Assembly: GCA_965112735.1 (NCBI GenBank)
Contig: OZ218954.1
Coordinates: 4,278,001 to 4,342,000 of the forward strand
Direction of reading: 5' to 3'
Length of the DNA stretch: 64,000 nucleotides
Origin: Phaeosaccion multiseriatum
Lineage: Eukaryota > Protista > Ochrophyta, other classes
Both the position numbers and the translations under genes were made by a program. The notes under the pieces are model-generated. The model searched no databases. It had not been told where the DNA came from and saw nothing but the letters and a program-made list of their open reading frames with translations. Each line of letters opens with the position of its first letter. Positions within the stretch are counted from its first letter, which is position 1. Of the stretch, positions 1 to 20,231 are shown piece after piece.

Positions 1-314
1 CTGATATCGACCCTCGACATTCAACACCCCCTTCCTTTCCCTTCTTCTTCTTCCTCCCTCTTATATTATGATATGTACACCCCCCCTTTAGTCATGAGGA
101 TAGAAGAGCTGCGGCCCGATCGCCGATTGTCAGTGAGTGAGCCACACGCTCACTCACTCAAGCAACTCACTCCCTCATCCCTCACACCCTCCCTCACTCC
201 CTTCCATCCTAACTTAATAGCCTCTATGCTCTCTCTCTCTCTTATCTCCCTCTCGCCTCTCAGTATCTCTATGCACATCTCTTTCCTCCCTCCCTCCCTC
301 TCTATCTCTCACTA

Positions 315-3300
315 TCAACAGCCCCGCTTTTTGGCATGCCCCTTCACTGGCGCCATACACCGTACACACTTGGCATTCAGTGCCCCCAATACATCCTCTG
401 CGCAGCTCTCACAGGCCAGCACCTCACAGCGGCAGGGCGTAAAGCAGCGGGTGGCAGGAGCGTCCATGCAGATGCGGCAGTCAGAATCCACCACGAGAAT
501 CTGTGAGTGTATGATGATGTGTAGAAGAGGGGTGGAATCAATTACGCAAGAGATTACGTAAGGGGGTAGAATAGGCAGGCAGCACAGGGGACGCAAGTGA
601 CGGAGATTGTGCACAGTTTTGATTTCCTGTGAGCGTATCAATATTGGACACCACAAATGGAGTCGATATCAATTAGTACACAGCCTTCCGTCCCGATACC
701 ACCCAGCCTCCTCACCCATATCCCTCTTACATCCTCTCTGGCCCATACGCTTCTGACTTACATCCAGTGTGCCGCGGATGCTTCTGGAGTCAGCAGGGGG
801 GATGGAGAGGGGCGGGCTCCGGAGCTGTCCTTCTGAGAGCTGACGAGCGGCCTCCACACTCACCACGCCGTTTTTCTGCACAGGAAGTAAAAGGGGGGAG
901 GGGGAGAAGAAATGGAGATAGAGAGGAAAGAGGATAGAAAGAGAGGGGGGGGGGTGGGGGGGACAGAGGAAAGGAAGTCAAGTGATACTCTTCCTCGTCC
1001 CCTCCCTCCCTCCCTCCCTCCCTCCCTCCCTCCCTTTCTCTCTCCCCCAGGCGCCCCTTCACTGACTTTCCAGGGGGAAGGTAGTCAAGTATCCCTCGCA
1101 CTTGATGCTCTCTCTACATCTCTCTCCCTGCACCTCTCTCTCTCCCCCTCTCTCTTTACCTCTCCCTCTCCCTCTGCCTCTCTCTCCCCTCCACCTCCTC
1201 TCCCTCCCTCCCTCCCTCCCTCCGTATCACCAACACACTCACCAAGAAGGTAGTCAAGTGCCCCTCGCAGTTGATGCCCTGCAGCACCTCTCTGAGAAGT
1301 TCCCAATCCCCAGAGTCCGCCACTGACGCCGCCCCCGCTGCAGGAGCAGCAGTTCGAGATGATGCGGCAGCAGCAACAACACTAGAAGCCCCTCCTGGAC
1401 CGTCCTGGGGAAGAGGGGAATGAGTGGTGAGAGAGGCAAGTGCGGAGGGGAGGACATTGGAGAGAGAGAGGCGAGAAAGCGGGGAGAAAGTGGAGAGGAA
1501 GAGAAGGAGAAAGTGGAGAGGAAGAGAGAGGGTGAGAGGCGGGTGTGGGGATGGGTGGGGTATATAGGTAAAGGCAGTGGGGAAGGGAAGGGAGGGGAGG
1601 GGTTGAATGAAGGGATGAACAAAGGAAGGAAGGAAGGAAGGAAGGAAGGAAGGAGGCACCTCCCTCTCCCTCTCCTTCCACTGCCATGCCGACGCACCAC
1701 GAGCATGGCCTCCCATTTGATGTCCATCCTGCCTGCAAGCTCCTTGACCACCTCAACGCAGTTGAACTTGTTGGCCTTGAGCACAGACGTCACCTCGTCT
1801 GACCACATACATACACACATACGCACAGAGAGAGAGAGAGGGAAAGAGAAAGACGAGACAGACGAGGAGACCAACGCACATACAAAGATAGAGAGAGCGG
1901 GAGAGACAGAGAGAAGCAGACCCGTGCATACACCCACACACGTATAAAGAGAGAGAAGAGTGTAAGCCATACGCACGGGACGGAGGACGCATGACTTGTC
2001 TTTAGAAGGCCCCTTTCGTCCTTCCCCCTCCCTCTTCCCCCTCCGCTCCCCTTCACCCTCCGCTCCCCATCCACTACCCTCATCCCCTACCTTCTCCACC
2101 GCATCCCTTGCTGAAGTAGTACTTGACCGCCGTCGGACTAGTCACAAGCGTTCCTTGCACCACAGAGCGGACGTAGTTGACGAGGTCACCCAAGGCCACG
2201 ACTGAGGTCAAGAGATGGCAGTGGATGGGGAGGGGAGGGGAGGGGAGGAGAGGTGAGGGCCAGGACTTGGAGAAAAAAGGCGACATATATTGTAAACGAA
2301 ACCAAACCGACCAACCAAACACGAGCACAGGCACACACACGCACGTACGCACGCACGCACCTTGAGGTGCCCCGGGGGGCACGCCAGCCCCTGCCTTCTC
2401 TGCGGCCTTCTCTGCCCTCTTGAGCCTCTCCTTCTCTTTCTTGGAAGAGCGCCTCTCCACCTTCAGCGCCTCCTCCCTCTGCAGCTCCTCCACCAGCCGG
2501 GCTGCAGCGGCGTCCGCAGCGGCGGTCTCTTCGGCGGTTGGTGGAGGAGGTGGTGATTCAGCGCCACCAGCCGCCTTCCCCTTCTTCTTCCTCCTCCTAT
2601 TTCTGCTGCTGCCATTACCCCCATTCATGCCGTCAGCCCCGCCTACATCGCCGACTGATCCAGTAGAAGGAGGAGGGGGGGAGGGGGAGCGCGAGGGGGA
2701 GCGAGAGGAAGGGCGCAGGGGCACAGAGGCAAAGGACTCTCGCGCACCCGCCCCTGCGCCGGAGTAGGGCTGGCTAACACGCGCCGTGGAAGTGACTAAT
2801 TTTAAGATACAAACGGGGGGGTGTGTGTGGGGGGGGGAGGTATATAGAGAGAGAAAAGAGGGAGAGGGTGGGGGAGGGAGGAGGGAGGGGGGAGGGAGGC
2901 AGGGAGAGGGAGGCAGGGAGGGAGGGGGGGAGGGAGGGAGGGAGGGAGGCAGGCAGGGAGGGAGGTCAGTGTGCGACGGTACATGGATTGCTATGCTGCA
3001 GTTGTGTCTTCTCTGTCACCAGCACTCAACGTTCCCTCCCTCCCTCCCTCCCTCCGACTTACCCTCTTCTTCTTCCTCCTCCTCTAGGTCCTGCTCTTCC
3101 TCGGCCTTCTTGAGATGCTTAATCACTTTCTTGGCCATTTTGCGTTGTTTGTCAGTGAAGTGCTAGGGTTGGGTGGGGGGGGGGGGGGGCAGCGGATGGG
3201 GAGCAGTGTCGAGAGGCAGGGAAACGGTGAGGGTGAGGGTGAGGGTGAGGGTGAAAGTCTACTTCGAGGGAGAGGAGCGTGAGTGCCTGCTCAATCCCTC

Positions 3301-4692
3301 TTAATTAGCGTCAATACCCTCCTTATCAACGTTAAATGTCCCCCTTGCCAAGGTGACTGCCCGCCATATAACAATCTGCCCCTCACCGTTTGGCAGTTCC
3401 CGCACGGTGCGCCGGCCTTGACGGAGGCCTTGACGCAATAGGCACAGTACATGTGGAGACACGTGTCACAGTTCAGGAGAGCGTTCAGGTCTTCTTCACA
3501 CACCTTGGGGGGGGGGGGGGAGGGAGGGAAGGAGGGAGGGAGGGAGGGAGGGAGGGAGGGAGGGAGGGAGGGAGGGAGGGAGGGAGGGAGGGAGGGAGGG
3601 AGGGAGGGAGGGAGGGAGGGAGGGAGGGAGGGAGGGAGGGAGGGAGGGAGGGAGGGAGGGAGGGAGGGAGGGAGGGAGGGAGGGAGGGAGGGAGGGAGGG
3701 AGGGAGGGAGGGAGGGAGGGAGGGAGGGAGGGAGGGAGGGAGGGAGGGAGGGAGGGAGGGAGGGAGGGAGGGAGGGAGGGAGGGAGGGAGGGAGGGAGGG
3801 AGGGAGGGAGGGAGGGAGGGAGGGAGGGAGGGAGGGAGGGAGGGAGGGAGGGAGGGAGGGAGGGAGGGAGGGAGGGAGGGAGGGAGGGAGGGAGGGGGGA
3901 GGTGGGCAAGAGCAGCGTCAGCAGGGAGAGAAAGGAGAGAGAGAGGGGGTGTGGAAGGGTAGTGTGAATCGCAGGAAGGGTGAAGAGAGTGCTGGTGCCT
4001 CTACAACTGAAAGGGAGGGGTGAAGAGGGCGCCTCGACGCACGTGCTACTTGTGAATAAACCGCGCTGTACCCTCACCGTGAAGTCGCAATTAGGGGTGG
4101 TGCATAGGAAGGAGCAGTCCCTACACACTAGGTTTGAGCAGCATCTGCGGAGCGGGGAGCGGAAGGGAGGAGGAGGAGGGAGGGGGGAAGAGGAGCATCA
4201 GACGCTGGGGGCTCGGTAGGCAAGCTCTCTTTCTCTCTCTCCCTGGGTAAGTTTTGCAACACAGAAGACGCAATCCGCGTGAGCACCACGCGCGCACCTG
4301 CAGTCACGGTAGCATGCTTCGCAAGTGACATTGATGCATGCGTCCGCCGAGCAAACCACTCCGGGGTTGTCGACGTCCCCCTCCGACGGGAAAACGCCTC
4401 CAGCCTTCTGCACATTAGCGAGAGAGAAAAGGACAGAGAGGAGGGGGGGTTACAGACAGAAAGGCAGGCGGGCAGAGAGCAAAGGAGAGAGAGAACCCGA
4501 GAGAGTAGAGAGCTTCAGAGGGGGGAGGAGGCGCGGGAGAGCGCGCGCGGGAGAGGAAATAAGCGAGAGCGGGAACGACGATCCAGCCAACTAGCCCGCC
4601 CCCGCTTGCTGCAGCTGCCCACGTACCACTTCAACCACGGTGCAAGTCGCCAAGCACGTGACGCACGCACATGCCTCCTCCTCGTCCGCCAT
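315..4692 (-). CDS. Multi-exon Cys-rich N-terminus / SAM / C-terminal RING protein (paralogue A)
   Basis: ATG at 4692 (MADEEEACACVTCLATC); Cys-rich exons at about 4255-4415, 4075-4145 and 3385-3503; SAM-like DWELLREVLQGINCEGHLTTFL / KNGVVSVEAARQLSEGQL...DSRSIRGTLD; last exon RING CRICMDAPATRCFTPCRCEVLACESC...CVRC, stop at 315. GT-AG introns filled with microsatellites. Confidence 0.8.
3521..3896. repeat. (GGGA)n intronic microsatellite
   Basis: Near-perfect tetranucleotide run; source of the GGRE/PPSL pseudo-ORFs. Confidence 0.98.
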
Positions 4693-5484
4693 GCTTTTGT
4701 TTTATTCCATGCCAAAGCTCCTCAAAGGGACCCCTTTCAAAAAGGAGGGAAGCTGAAATTCAAACACAGATTGGACCCCTTGGGAAATGTGGCCCTTCCT
4801 TCCCTTTCTTTGAGGGAAGGAGGAGATGAAAAATTGGAATGAGAAGAGAGGAGGGCAGAGGATTTAAATAGTTCGGATGAGAAGAGAGGAGGTAGGGAAG
4901 GAGGGTGCTCCACTGATTTTGATGTTTATATTTTGCTCCCATCCCAAACTCTTGCTTTTTTGTTGCGTTTTTACTTTTTTACCAATTGGTTTTTACTACT
5001 GTACCTCTTTTTTCTCCCCGTTCCCTCTCCTCCTTCCCTTCTCCTGCTTCTCTTCTTCTATCCCACCTACCCGCATCACACTTCACTCCCTCCCTTGCCT
5101 TGGTCCAGACGAGGGGACAAGGACACGAATGGAGACATTCCATGATAACAAAGCCCAGCAACTCTCATTTCAAAGCCTCCTCCTCCCGCCCCCATCCATC
5201 CCCCACCCTCCTCTCAGCACCGCCATGTGGCTGTGGCTGTGGCTGTGGCTGTGGCTGTGAGCCATCACTGATCAAACTCTCCGTTCTCTCCACCCACACC
5301 CCTCCCCCCACCCTCCTTATCTCCTACCCCCTTCTCCCTCCCAACCTCGGCACCCGGCCGACGACAGACAGACAGACAGACGGACCGACCGACTGACCGG
5401 CCGACTGACCGACAGACCAACCGAACGACCAGACAGACAGAAGGGCAACTCCAACTCACATATCCAAATCAATCGATCCACTGA

Positions 5485-12447
<6,963 letters not shown>

Positions 12448-13014
12448 GTTTGCCAGACGGGTGGTAACCCCACTTAAATCCCCCCCCCCCCCCCGCCCCC
12501 TCTCCGAGGTCCCTCGTTGGCGCCAAACGCGGCTCTTTGGTGGCCTCCTCCTCGTCCCAGGCAAGGACGCTTCTGCGGCTCAGCACAAGACAAGTAGGCC
12601 AAGGCGGGCGCCCCCAAGACGCTTCAAAGTAGGCTTTTTCTCGCCGGGAGAGGATGAGAAGGAGCCGCGCTCCCGGTACCGCCCACTCTTGAAGCACCTA
12701 CCCGTGTCCAAGCGAACAAAGCTCTTGTGCTTGCTGATCGACTTCCGCAACGAATGCTCTGCGGAGAGAGGCTGCCGAAGGTCCGTCTTATCTCAAAAAT
12801 AACCTTTCTCTTTTTGGCTCTTTCAAGCTGCATAGGGCAACCCGGGGGTGGGAGTCCAAAGAGTAAGGCAACAAAACTGGCGTACGTCTGGTTTTCGAGC
12901 AGAGCGAGTTTACGAGTCGATAGTATCAAAAAGTGGAGGACCGACTGACGAGAGGGCCCAACGGCCCGTGCGGCCACGTAAGACGTTCACCCCACCGGGG
13001 TATAGCAAGAATCG

Positions 13015-13422
13015 TCGACCCCTGATACACTATCCGCTATCCGCTATCGCCGGGGCCCGATAGCGCGCTATGACAGCCTCCGAGCCAGGGCAGTGACGAC
13101 CCTTCCCGGAACAACTCTCAGTAGCCTCCTAGAGGCCTACTGCTCACTCCAACCCTCCTACAAGTGACGTAGAAAAGATGATAGACGCGCTACTGTCCTA
13201 CACCAACCTTCACTTATTGCTTGTCCTGACACCTGTCCTAGTGCCTTGTCCTTGTTCCTTCCCTTGCCCTCTCTCGCCTACTTGCCACACCGCGGCCTCG
13301 TCACTGAATCCCTCCCACTGCCCCGAATCTGACCAAAATAGACGTCCTCGATATCCAATGTCGATGTCCTGCCCATACACTAACAGCTATCGAGAATGTG
13401 GCGATAGTGTATCAGGGGTCGA
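13015..13422. mobile_element. MITE copy 1 (TCGACCCCT TIR family)
   Basis: Perfect 20-bp TIR TCGACCCCTGATACACTATC (13015-13034) / GATAGTGTATCAGGGGTCGA (13403-13422); GAATCG directly repeated on both flanks. Confidence 0.9.
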
Positions 13423-14186
13423 GAATCGAGCATTCACAACTGTGGAAAGAGGAGGCGACGCGAGTACGGCGTCGCAAGAGTTGTAGCAAGTGCCGAAGAG
13501 CTCAGCGCGGTGAGAAGGACAGCGAAGGGGCGGAGCAGCCCAGCAGTCCACCGCGTAGAAGGGGCTGGCAGCGACAGCAAAAGTTTCCCCACCCGCCCGC
13601 CCCGGGGGGATGAGCGGGATTATCGGGAAATCCAACGGGGTGGATGGGAGTAAGGGCGAGGCAGACGCGTCTGTCCCGCCCTGCTTTGGCCCCTTACCCA
13701 GTTAGTCTTGACTGAGTGAGAGAGCGCTCGAGGTGAAGGCGTATGGGTAGTATTTGGTGTCAGGACGTAGTGGACTGAAAAGGATGGACTATCAGCGGGG
13801 GCGTCAGCGATGGGAAGGGGCAAGAGGCGGGGTGCAGTTTAATTTCCTTTGGAACAGGAAGGCACTGCTCCTTCCCCTACTCGCTACTCGCCCCCTTGGC
13901 CTTCCGGCCGGCCTCCCTCTTCCCCTTCCGCCAAGTTTATAAAATTATATGCAACCATTCTGTTTTGTAATTTAAAAAAAAAATAAAGTGGTTTTTCCCC
14001 TGCGGTCAGCTTCTTCTCCCTAAACTCTTTTCCCTACTTTGTGCGTGTGTTGTCTAATTGAACCACCGCTCTCAAGTAGGTACCGCGCTCTGTAACCCTT
14101 CTATCTTTCGTAGAAGGCAGCCCCCTACCCTCTCCTCCCTGCCAGGAGGGTATACATCATCTAGACCTATTTACGCGTCCCTGTCC

Positions 14187-14218
<32 letters not shown>

Positions 14219-14292
14219 GTCTCTCTTATCTGTCATTCTATCTGTCTCGCTATGGTTGCACTCTACTCCTTCCCATCAGGGCTCTCCATTGC

Positions 14293-14554
14293 AGACCGTC
14301 GTCGGTGCTGGCTGTGTGGAGGCCTTCATCTGCGAGGTGGAGAAGCCCAACCGAAAGGGTGGGCGTCTCTTCCTGCGTCTCTATTAGGCAGCGACGGGTG
14401 TGAGGTTCGTGGTCCTAGTGCCTGGGCCAGAGGACCACGAACCTCACACCCGTCGCTGCCTCATAGAGACGCAGGAAGAGACGCCCACCCTTTCGGTTGG
14501 GCTTCTCCACCTCGCAGATGAAGGCCTCCACACAGCCAGCACCGACGACGGTCT
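14293..14554. repeat. Long inverted repeat, 124-bp arms, 14-nt spacer
   Basis: 14293-14416 is the reverse complement of 14431-14554 with one mismatch seen. Confidence 0.95.
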
Positions 14555-16570
14555 CCATCTCACGGCGCCTCTGGGGCAGACTGGCCCGCAGTTGCCGACA
14601 GGCCTCGGCCCTCACCTCCCTCGCCGATAGCCCTCGGCAGCGCTCTGGGCCCAGCACAGCGGCCATGCTGCAACTCTTCGTCTCCCTCCTCCTCCTCCTC
14701 CTCCTCCTCCTGCTCCTCCTCCTCCCCTTCCTCCCCCCCCCCCTCTCTCCCTCATGGTTGCACGGCTCGTCCGTGGAGGTGTGCTCGCTGATGCTCGGTC
14801 CCCGTCTCGTGGCGAAAGCCTTCAGAACTCCCTCCCCCCTTCTAACACCTCTATAACTATAAAATGGCTCTGTAGCCCCCACCTACCGCCGACCTATTTT
14901 GTCTCGCTCCGAATCAAGCGGGCTGCCTTCCCTTCCTTTTCCCTTCCCTCGCCCTCTTCTTCTTTCCTTTACTTACAAAATTACCACCACCATCTCCATC
15001 TTGCCCAGCCTTTCCTTGTCTTGGTAAAAAAACACGCCATTAACCCACCTCCTCTAATTCCTATCCGCCCCCCGCCCCCCCCCAAACTCCCCCCAAACAC
15101 ACCTTCTTACGCGATACGAGTGCGTGTGCCCGTCCGTACCCATCGACATTATATCGAGGATACTCTCTTGGCGACTTGGGCCCATACACATACATATACG
15201 GTATCGAGTCCCATATTCCCACCCCTCCCGCTGACTTAAGGGAAGTGATGTGGCACCGCTCGAAGCGGCCCGGTGCCAGCCGGAGCAGGCCTGCCCGTGC
15301 GAGGGAGGCGATACTTAACTCCCGTCGTTCGGCGAGCGGCAATGGGCGATCCTCTGTGCTGCTTTCCTTCTCCTCCTTCTCCTCCGTTTCCGCCGCCCGA
15401 GCCTCGCCGCGCCATATCGAAGCGCAGTCTCCTCCCAGCAGGGGCTGAGCCCTGCCGCTGCGTCCGCTCCTCCTCCTCATCATCCAGCTGCCAACACAGC
15501 CTCACTGCTGCCGGGGCGGACCCTTGCCTCTGCAGTCGCTCCTGCGACCCCTGGTTGGGCAGTCTCCTCCCACCCAGGCCTGACCCCTGCCGCTGCTGTC
15601 GCTTCTTTCGCTGCTGCTGCTCCGTATCCTGTTCCCGCTCCCAGGAGAGTCTGGTGGCGACCGGTGCCGACCCTTGCCGCTGCTGCCGCTCCTGGTCCTG
15701 CCCGCCATACCAGGGTCTCCTCCCGGCCGGTGCCGACCCTTGCCGCTGCTGCCGCTCCTTCTCCCAGTTGCTGTCGTCCTGCGATCGCCTCGTGGGGCGA
15801 GGTCGTCGTCCTGACCCCTCCTCCTCGCCTTTCTCCCGTTGCTCCAGCACTGGCTCGGAGCGTGAGAACCGCTGGCACGGCAGCGGTCGCCGAACCAGCC
15901 GCACCGTATCCTCCTTGGCCAAAAGATTCGTCTCGTCACTTGCTCGGCTCCGTCCGATACCGGCGGCCCCTGCGGCCCCTGCGGCGACAAGGGCTTCGCT
16001 CGACCTGCACCTGGAGAGTCGTGAGCAAGCGGCTGTCCCCTCCTCGGGCTCCCCCCTCCCTTCAACCATGTAGTCGTCCTCTGCGCTAACGGAGGTGGCC
16101 GAGGAGGACGAGCTGCCCATCCGGCTCCGAATCACCTCCAGGCCCTTCCTGGCCCTCGCCCTGAGTGCAGCAGCGATACCACGGCTACCACCGCAGCTTC
16201 CTCGCGTCGTGGTCTCGGCGCCACGGGCACTCACGACACTATCCTCCCCCGAGGCGCGGGACTCTTCACTCCCCCCCCTTCTGATAGCACCACTACCACC
16301 ACCGCCGCCATTGCCCCTAGCGGCAGGACTCGAACCTCCACTACGTGGGCCGCTTCTACCCGTGCTATGGGGATGCCTAAACTCCAGCACAGTGCTGGAA
16401 GAGGGTAGAGGCTCTGAGAAGAGTCTACTCAGCCGCATGCCTTCGACGCCCTCCTCATCGGCAGCTCGCGGAACTGCAGGCGACGTCCGCTGATTGAGCA
16501 TGACCCGCACTTCCTCATTCAGCACATTGTAGTAGGGGCTCGATTTTCTGCACAACGCAATCCCCGACAT
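14415..16570 (-). pseudogene. Disrupted or uncertain gene: Ser/Arg-rich RQQRQGSAP repeat region, apparent frameshift near 15410, 3' part ending in the fold-back
   Basis: 455-aa ORF with five RQQRQGS-type repeats; a protein-like sequence continues in another frame (AAETEEKEEK...YPRYNVDG, GT donor near 15139); last segment RLYEAATGVRFVVL resembles longin/sybindin-type ends. Joining these pieces into one gene is inference. Confidence 0.45.
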
Positions 16571-17003
16571 CTCCTCCCCCTCCTTCTTTTCGTGTTTCTC
16601 CAATCCAACTTCAACCCTTGTCGCTAACCGTACTGCAGGAGCAGCAGAGAGCAGCCGCGCTGAATGGAGACATCACTGGCCCATCTCTTCGACGGGGTTC
16701 TTCCCTCTCCTTACTTTATATTGATCTGTCGTTGATGCGTCTCGACTCCTGAAGCTCACGGCGCGAAAAACCGGGCGATATCGGTGTGCGTAGGAACACA
16801 CTAAGTCAACGGGACAACAATAAAAAACGGGGGGTACGTGTGCCATCCCATTCGCTTGAGTACTTTTTGATTCAAAACATCTGCACTCAACTCCTGTGCA
16901 GCTTGTACCATCCATGGGACTGCCCTCCCTCCCCCAATACAAGACAGCTGCACTTAGTAGTCCAAGCCCTATTTAAAGGGGGGGAAAGGAGGAGATGCTT
17001 TGA

Positions 17004-19427
17004 CTACGGATTACCACCCGTAGCCATGGAGGCCTCCACAGCAGCTCTTGCCGCCGCATGCGCCAAGGCTTGCACCATGTCTCTGGTCATGTTGCCCGCC
17101 CCCCCGGACCCCATGCTAGCCATGGCTTCGTCCGCAGCCTGTTCGGCCGCGTGGAGAATAAGGTCCTCCATGTTGACGCTTCCGTCGCTGCCCCCCCCCG
17201 CGTCATACTCAGCATTCCCCCCACCCGCAGCCCCCTCATCCCCTTCGTAAATTGCGCCTGCTGTCACATCCGTCCGGTGTCTCCGCTCCGCTTCCTCCTG
17301 CAGGGCCTGTACGACATGGGGGGGTAAGGTGGGGAGGACGGCCTGCATCGCCCGCTGCTGCATCTCCGCAGACTCCTCTTCGCTCATGCCCTCTTCTGCC
17401 TTGAGTGACCCTGGCCCCGACTCCACCAACGCCAACACGGCCTTGTCCACCGTTCCTGTGGTGTAGGTAGAGGCCGGGTTGTCGTACGGGTAGTCTGAGA
17501 AGCCGTCGCCAGTCGGCCCGTACGGAGAAGCCTGGCACCCCACTGACTCGGTTGGAACCACCCCACCACGGGCTCCCCTCTGCTGTCGTGCGCTTCTCCT
17601 CGTCGCGGCTCCTCTTGTCTCTCTGGTCGCCTGTGCTGCGTACGGCGCAGCTCCTGCGTGTGCTGCGTACACCTGCTGCTGCTGCAGCTGATATTGATTG
17701 TGCATCGCCGCTTGGGCATACCCGTATGCGCCAGCTGCGTATCCCCCCTGCAAGCATAGTAGTAAGGGCCGGGTAGAGGTATATGGGGAGGCCAGGGTAG
17801 AGGGAATGGGTCGCAGGGAGGAGAGAGAAGACAAGAGAGGGCTGAGGGGGGCAAAAAAAACAAAAAACAAAAAGAGAGGGAGAAAAAAGCAAAGCAAAAC
17901 AGCCGGATTCGATACGACAGGGCATGCATGCATGCAGGCATGAAAGGAGGGGGGGGGGGAGAGAGAGGTCCTCGGCCCCTCCTCCCAACCAGTGATACGA
18001 CCCTGCTCCGCTCCCTCCCTCCAAGCCTTCAACCAACCAACTCTTGAGCCGCAGAAAGAACACCAAAAAGTCGGTGCCAAGTCGGTCGGTTAAAGTACCA
18101 TCCCCCAGGACCAATCACTCACTCACTACGCACCCCACTCAGTCCAATACGTAACCATTAGAAAACTACCCCAGTCAAGTCCAGTCCAGTCCAGTCCAGT
18201 CTAGGCAAGTCACCAAATTACCCCCCCCCCCCCCCCAAAACCCACAGCCCAATCTCACCTCCAGCTGCCCGGGTGGCACGTCACCTTCAAGGTACAGTGT
18301 CTGCTCCCTCCTGGGGTTCGTGTCGAAACTCCGCATGGTAAGGAAGCCGGTCTCCTGCAGCTGCCGATTGGCCTCCTCCACCGCTGCCCCGGCCTCTGCC
18401 TCCTTGTTAAACATGCCCACGAAGTAGTCCTTGCACTTATACGTCACTCTGGCGCGGTACCTGAGGAGGATGAGGAGGGGTTGTGACTCACTGTGACCGT
18501 GACTATGACCCACACACACCCTCACATATCCACAAAACACCACACCACACCTCACCCACCCAACCCCACTCTCCCACTCCGCCCCCCCCCCCCCCCAAAA
18601 CGCAAACACGCACGCACTCAGCTACGCACACCCCACCCCACACACACACATACACGCACCTGCCCCTGTAGTAGGTGACATTTCGGTAGGTGGGAGACAA
18701 AAAGTGGCCGAGTCGGGTACCGTACTCCCTCCGCTGCCTCCAGTTGCGGTCGCGTTTGTTGGATATCGGCCGTAGGGTGCGACCCCTCTCCTTGCTCTGC
18801 CTCTTCTCCAGGGGGGTTTGGTCGGCCCACGCGCACAAACGTCGGAGATTGCGTGCCAACATCAGCCTCAGTTTCTCCTGTGAGACAGAGGATTAGAGGA
18901 TTAACACGGCAAGAGGGAAAAGGTCAGAGGACAAAGTAACGTCAGCTTCTCATGCTTGAGCGTGCCATTGGATGGGATTGCTTGACCAATCAACTACATT
19001 CAATCAAGCTCAGTCAGTTTGTTTCGGCGTTGTCCTTTGGGCCGTGGTAGTTGCCCACTTCAGGGCTGCAGCACCTGAACGCTGTCGCCTGGGGCTAAAC
19101 GAAACAGAGGAGGGAAAGGTCCCATTCAATTGAGTCCATCGGAAGAGGGCGGAGGAAGCTGCCCACCTGGCTAGGTGCAGCAGCCAGGGCGAGCGTCTCG
19201 CTCCCCGTCGCCTCCCCCATTCCGTCCCCTCATCCTCTCCCTCCCTTCTTCCATCGCCTCACCTCTCTGATGATGACATCGTTGTTGCCGGTGCTCCTCT
19301 GCTCGGGCGTGAGCTTGGCAAGCTGCATGAGCTCCGCCATGGCGCGGCTGTTTCTGTCCAGTAGGTACTCTACCTCCACCGTGTCAGAGGCAGGCCTCGC
19401 GCTGGGCACGACCGCCGTGCTCGCCAT
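17004..19427 (-). CDS. SS18/SSXT-like N-terminal domain + AP2-like DNA-binding domain + Q/Y/G/A-rich tail
   Basis: Four exons in consistent phase: 19427-19263, 18877-18660, 18460-18259, 17747-17004. VEYLLDRNSRAMAEL...LMLARNLRRLCAWAD (SSXT pattern); SPTYRNVTYYRGRYRARVTYKCKDYFVGMFNKEAEAGAAVEEA (AP2 pattern). Confidence 0.75.
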
Positions 19428-20231
19428 TCTTCCCCTTCTTCTCGCTACTTAGTACTGAGGGGGAGAGCCCGCACCCCCTCCTTTCCTGCCGCGACCCTAC
19501 CCCCTTCCCCCTTTCCTCTGAGCTGGGCCAGTGCTGTCTCCTATTCTCCTGCAGTGCTCCCTCTTGCGTCTCTCTCTTTCTCTCCCCCCTGCTGAGGTCG
19601 GGGGGCGGAGCGGAGCAGAAAAGGAAAGGAGGCAGTTGAGAAAAGGGTCACGGCAAGGGCAGAAGGAGGGGGGGAAGGGATGGTCAATGAAATGCGGCAC
19701 AAGAGGCCGCAATAGATTGAGTGCTAGCCCCTCTTCTCCTCGAACTTTTCTCTCTCCTGCCCCAGTTGCCGTTTGAACAAATACCCGAGGGAATACAAGA
19801 ACTAGATGGATGCGGTCCCGCCACGCTTCCAAGAAGAGATCTCAAACATGCATCTCCATCTCACCTCAACCTCTACACTTCGCAGCTGCCACAAAAGAGG
19901 CTACTTTTACTGTCGCAAAAGGAAAATCAGGATCAGGCACCTGCTTCGGTTTCCAGTCTGAGGTTGTCGGTCACACGTTGTGGGTGGAGATGGGTCAACA
20001 CGATTTCAACCCCCCCGCGAAAGAAAACTGAAAGCAAGGTGCTGCAAGGAGGAGGCAGCATAGAAGCAAGGGCGCAGGAACAGCAGCAGTAGCAGCAGCA
20101 GGGGCGGGAGAAGCGAGTATCTTCGGAGGGAGGGAAGAGAGAGGGAAATAAAGGTTGATATCCTCCTTCAAAGTACGTTGTGTTTTTTTCATTCTTCAGT
20201 GCCTCCTCCTCCTGCCCCCCAGAGGTCGGCC

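Noticed and set aside
2-671. 10-bp inverted repeat TGATATCGAC/GTCGATATCA around the last exon
   Set aside because: Too short, at the window edge, no TSD can be checked.
3390-4128. GGRE / PPSL repeat ORFs
   Set aside because: Translation of an intronic (GGGA)n run.
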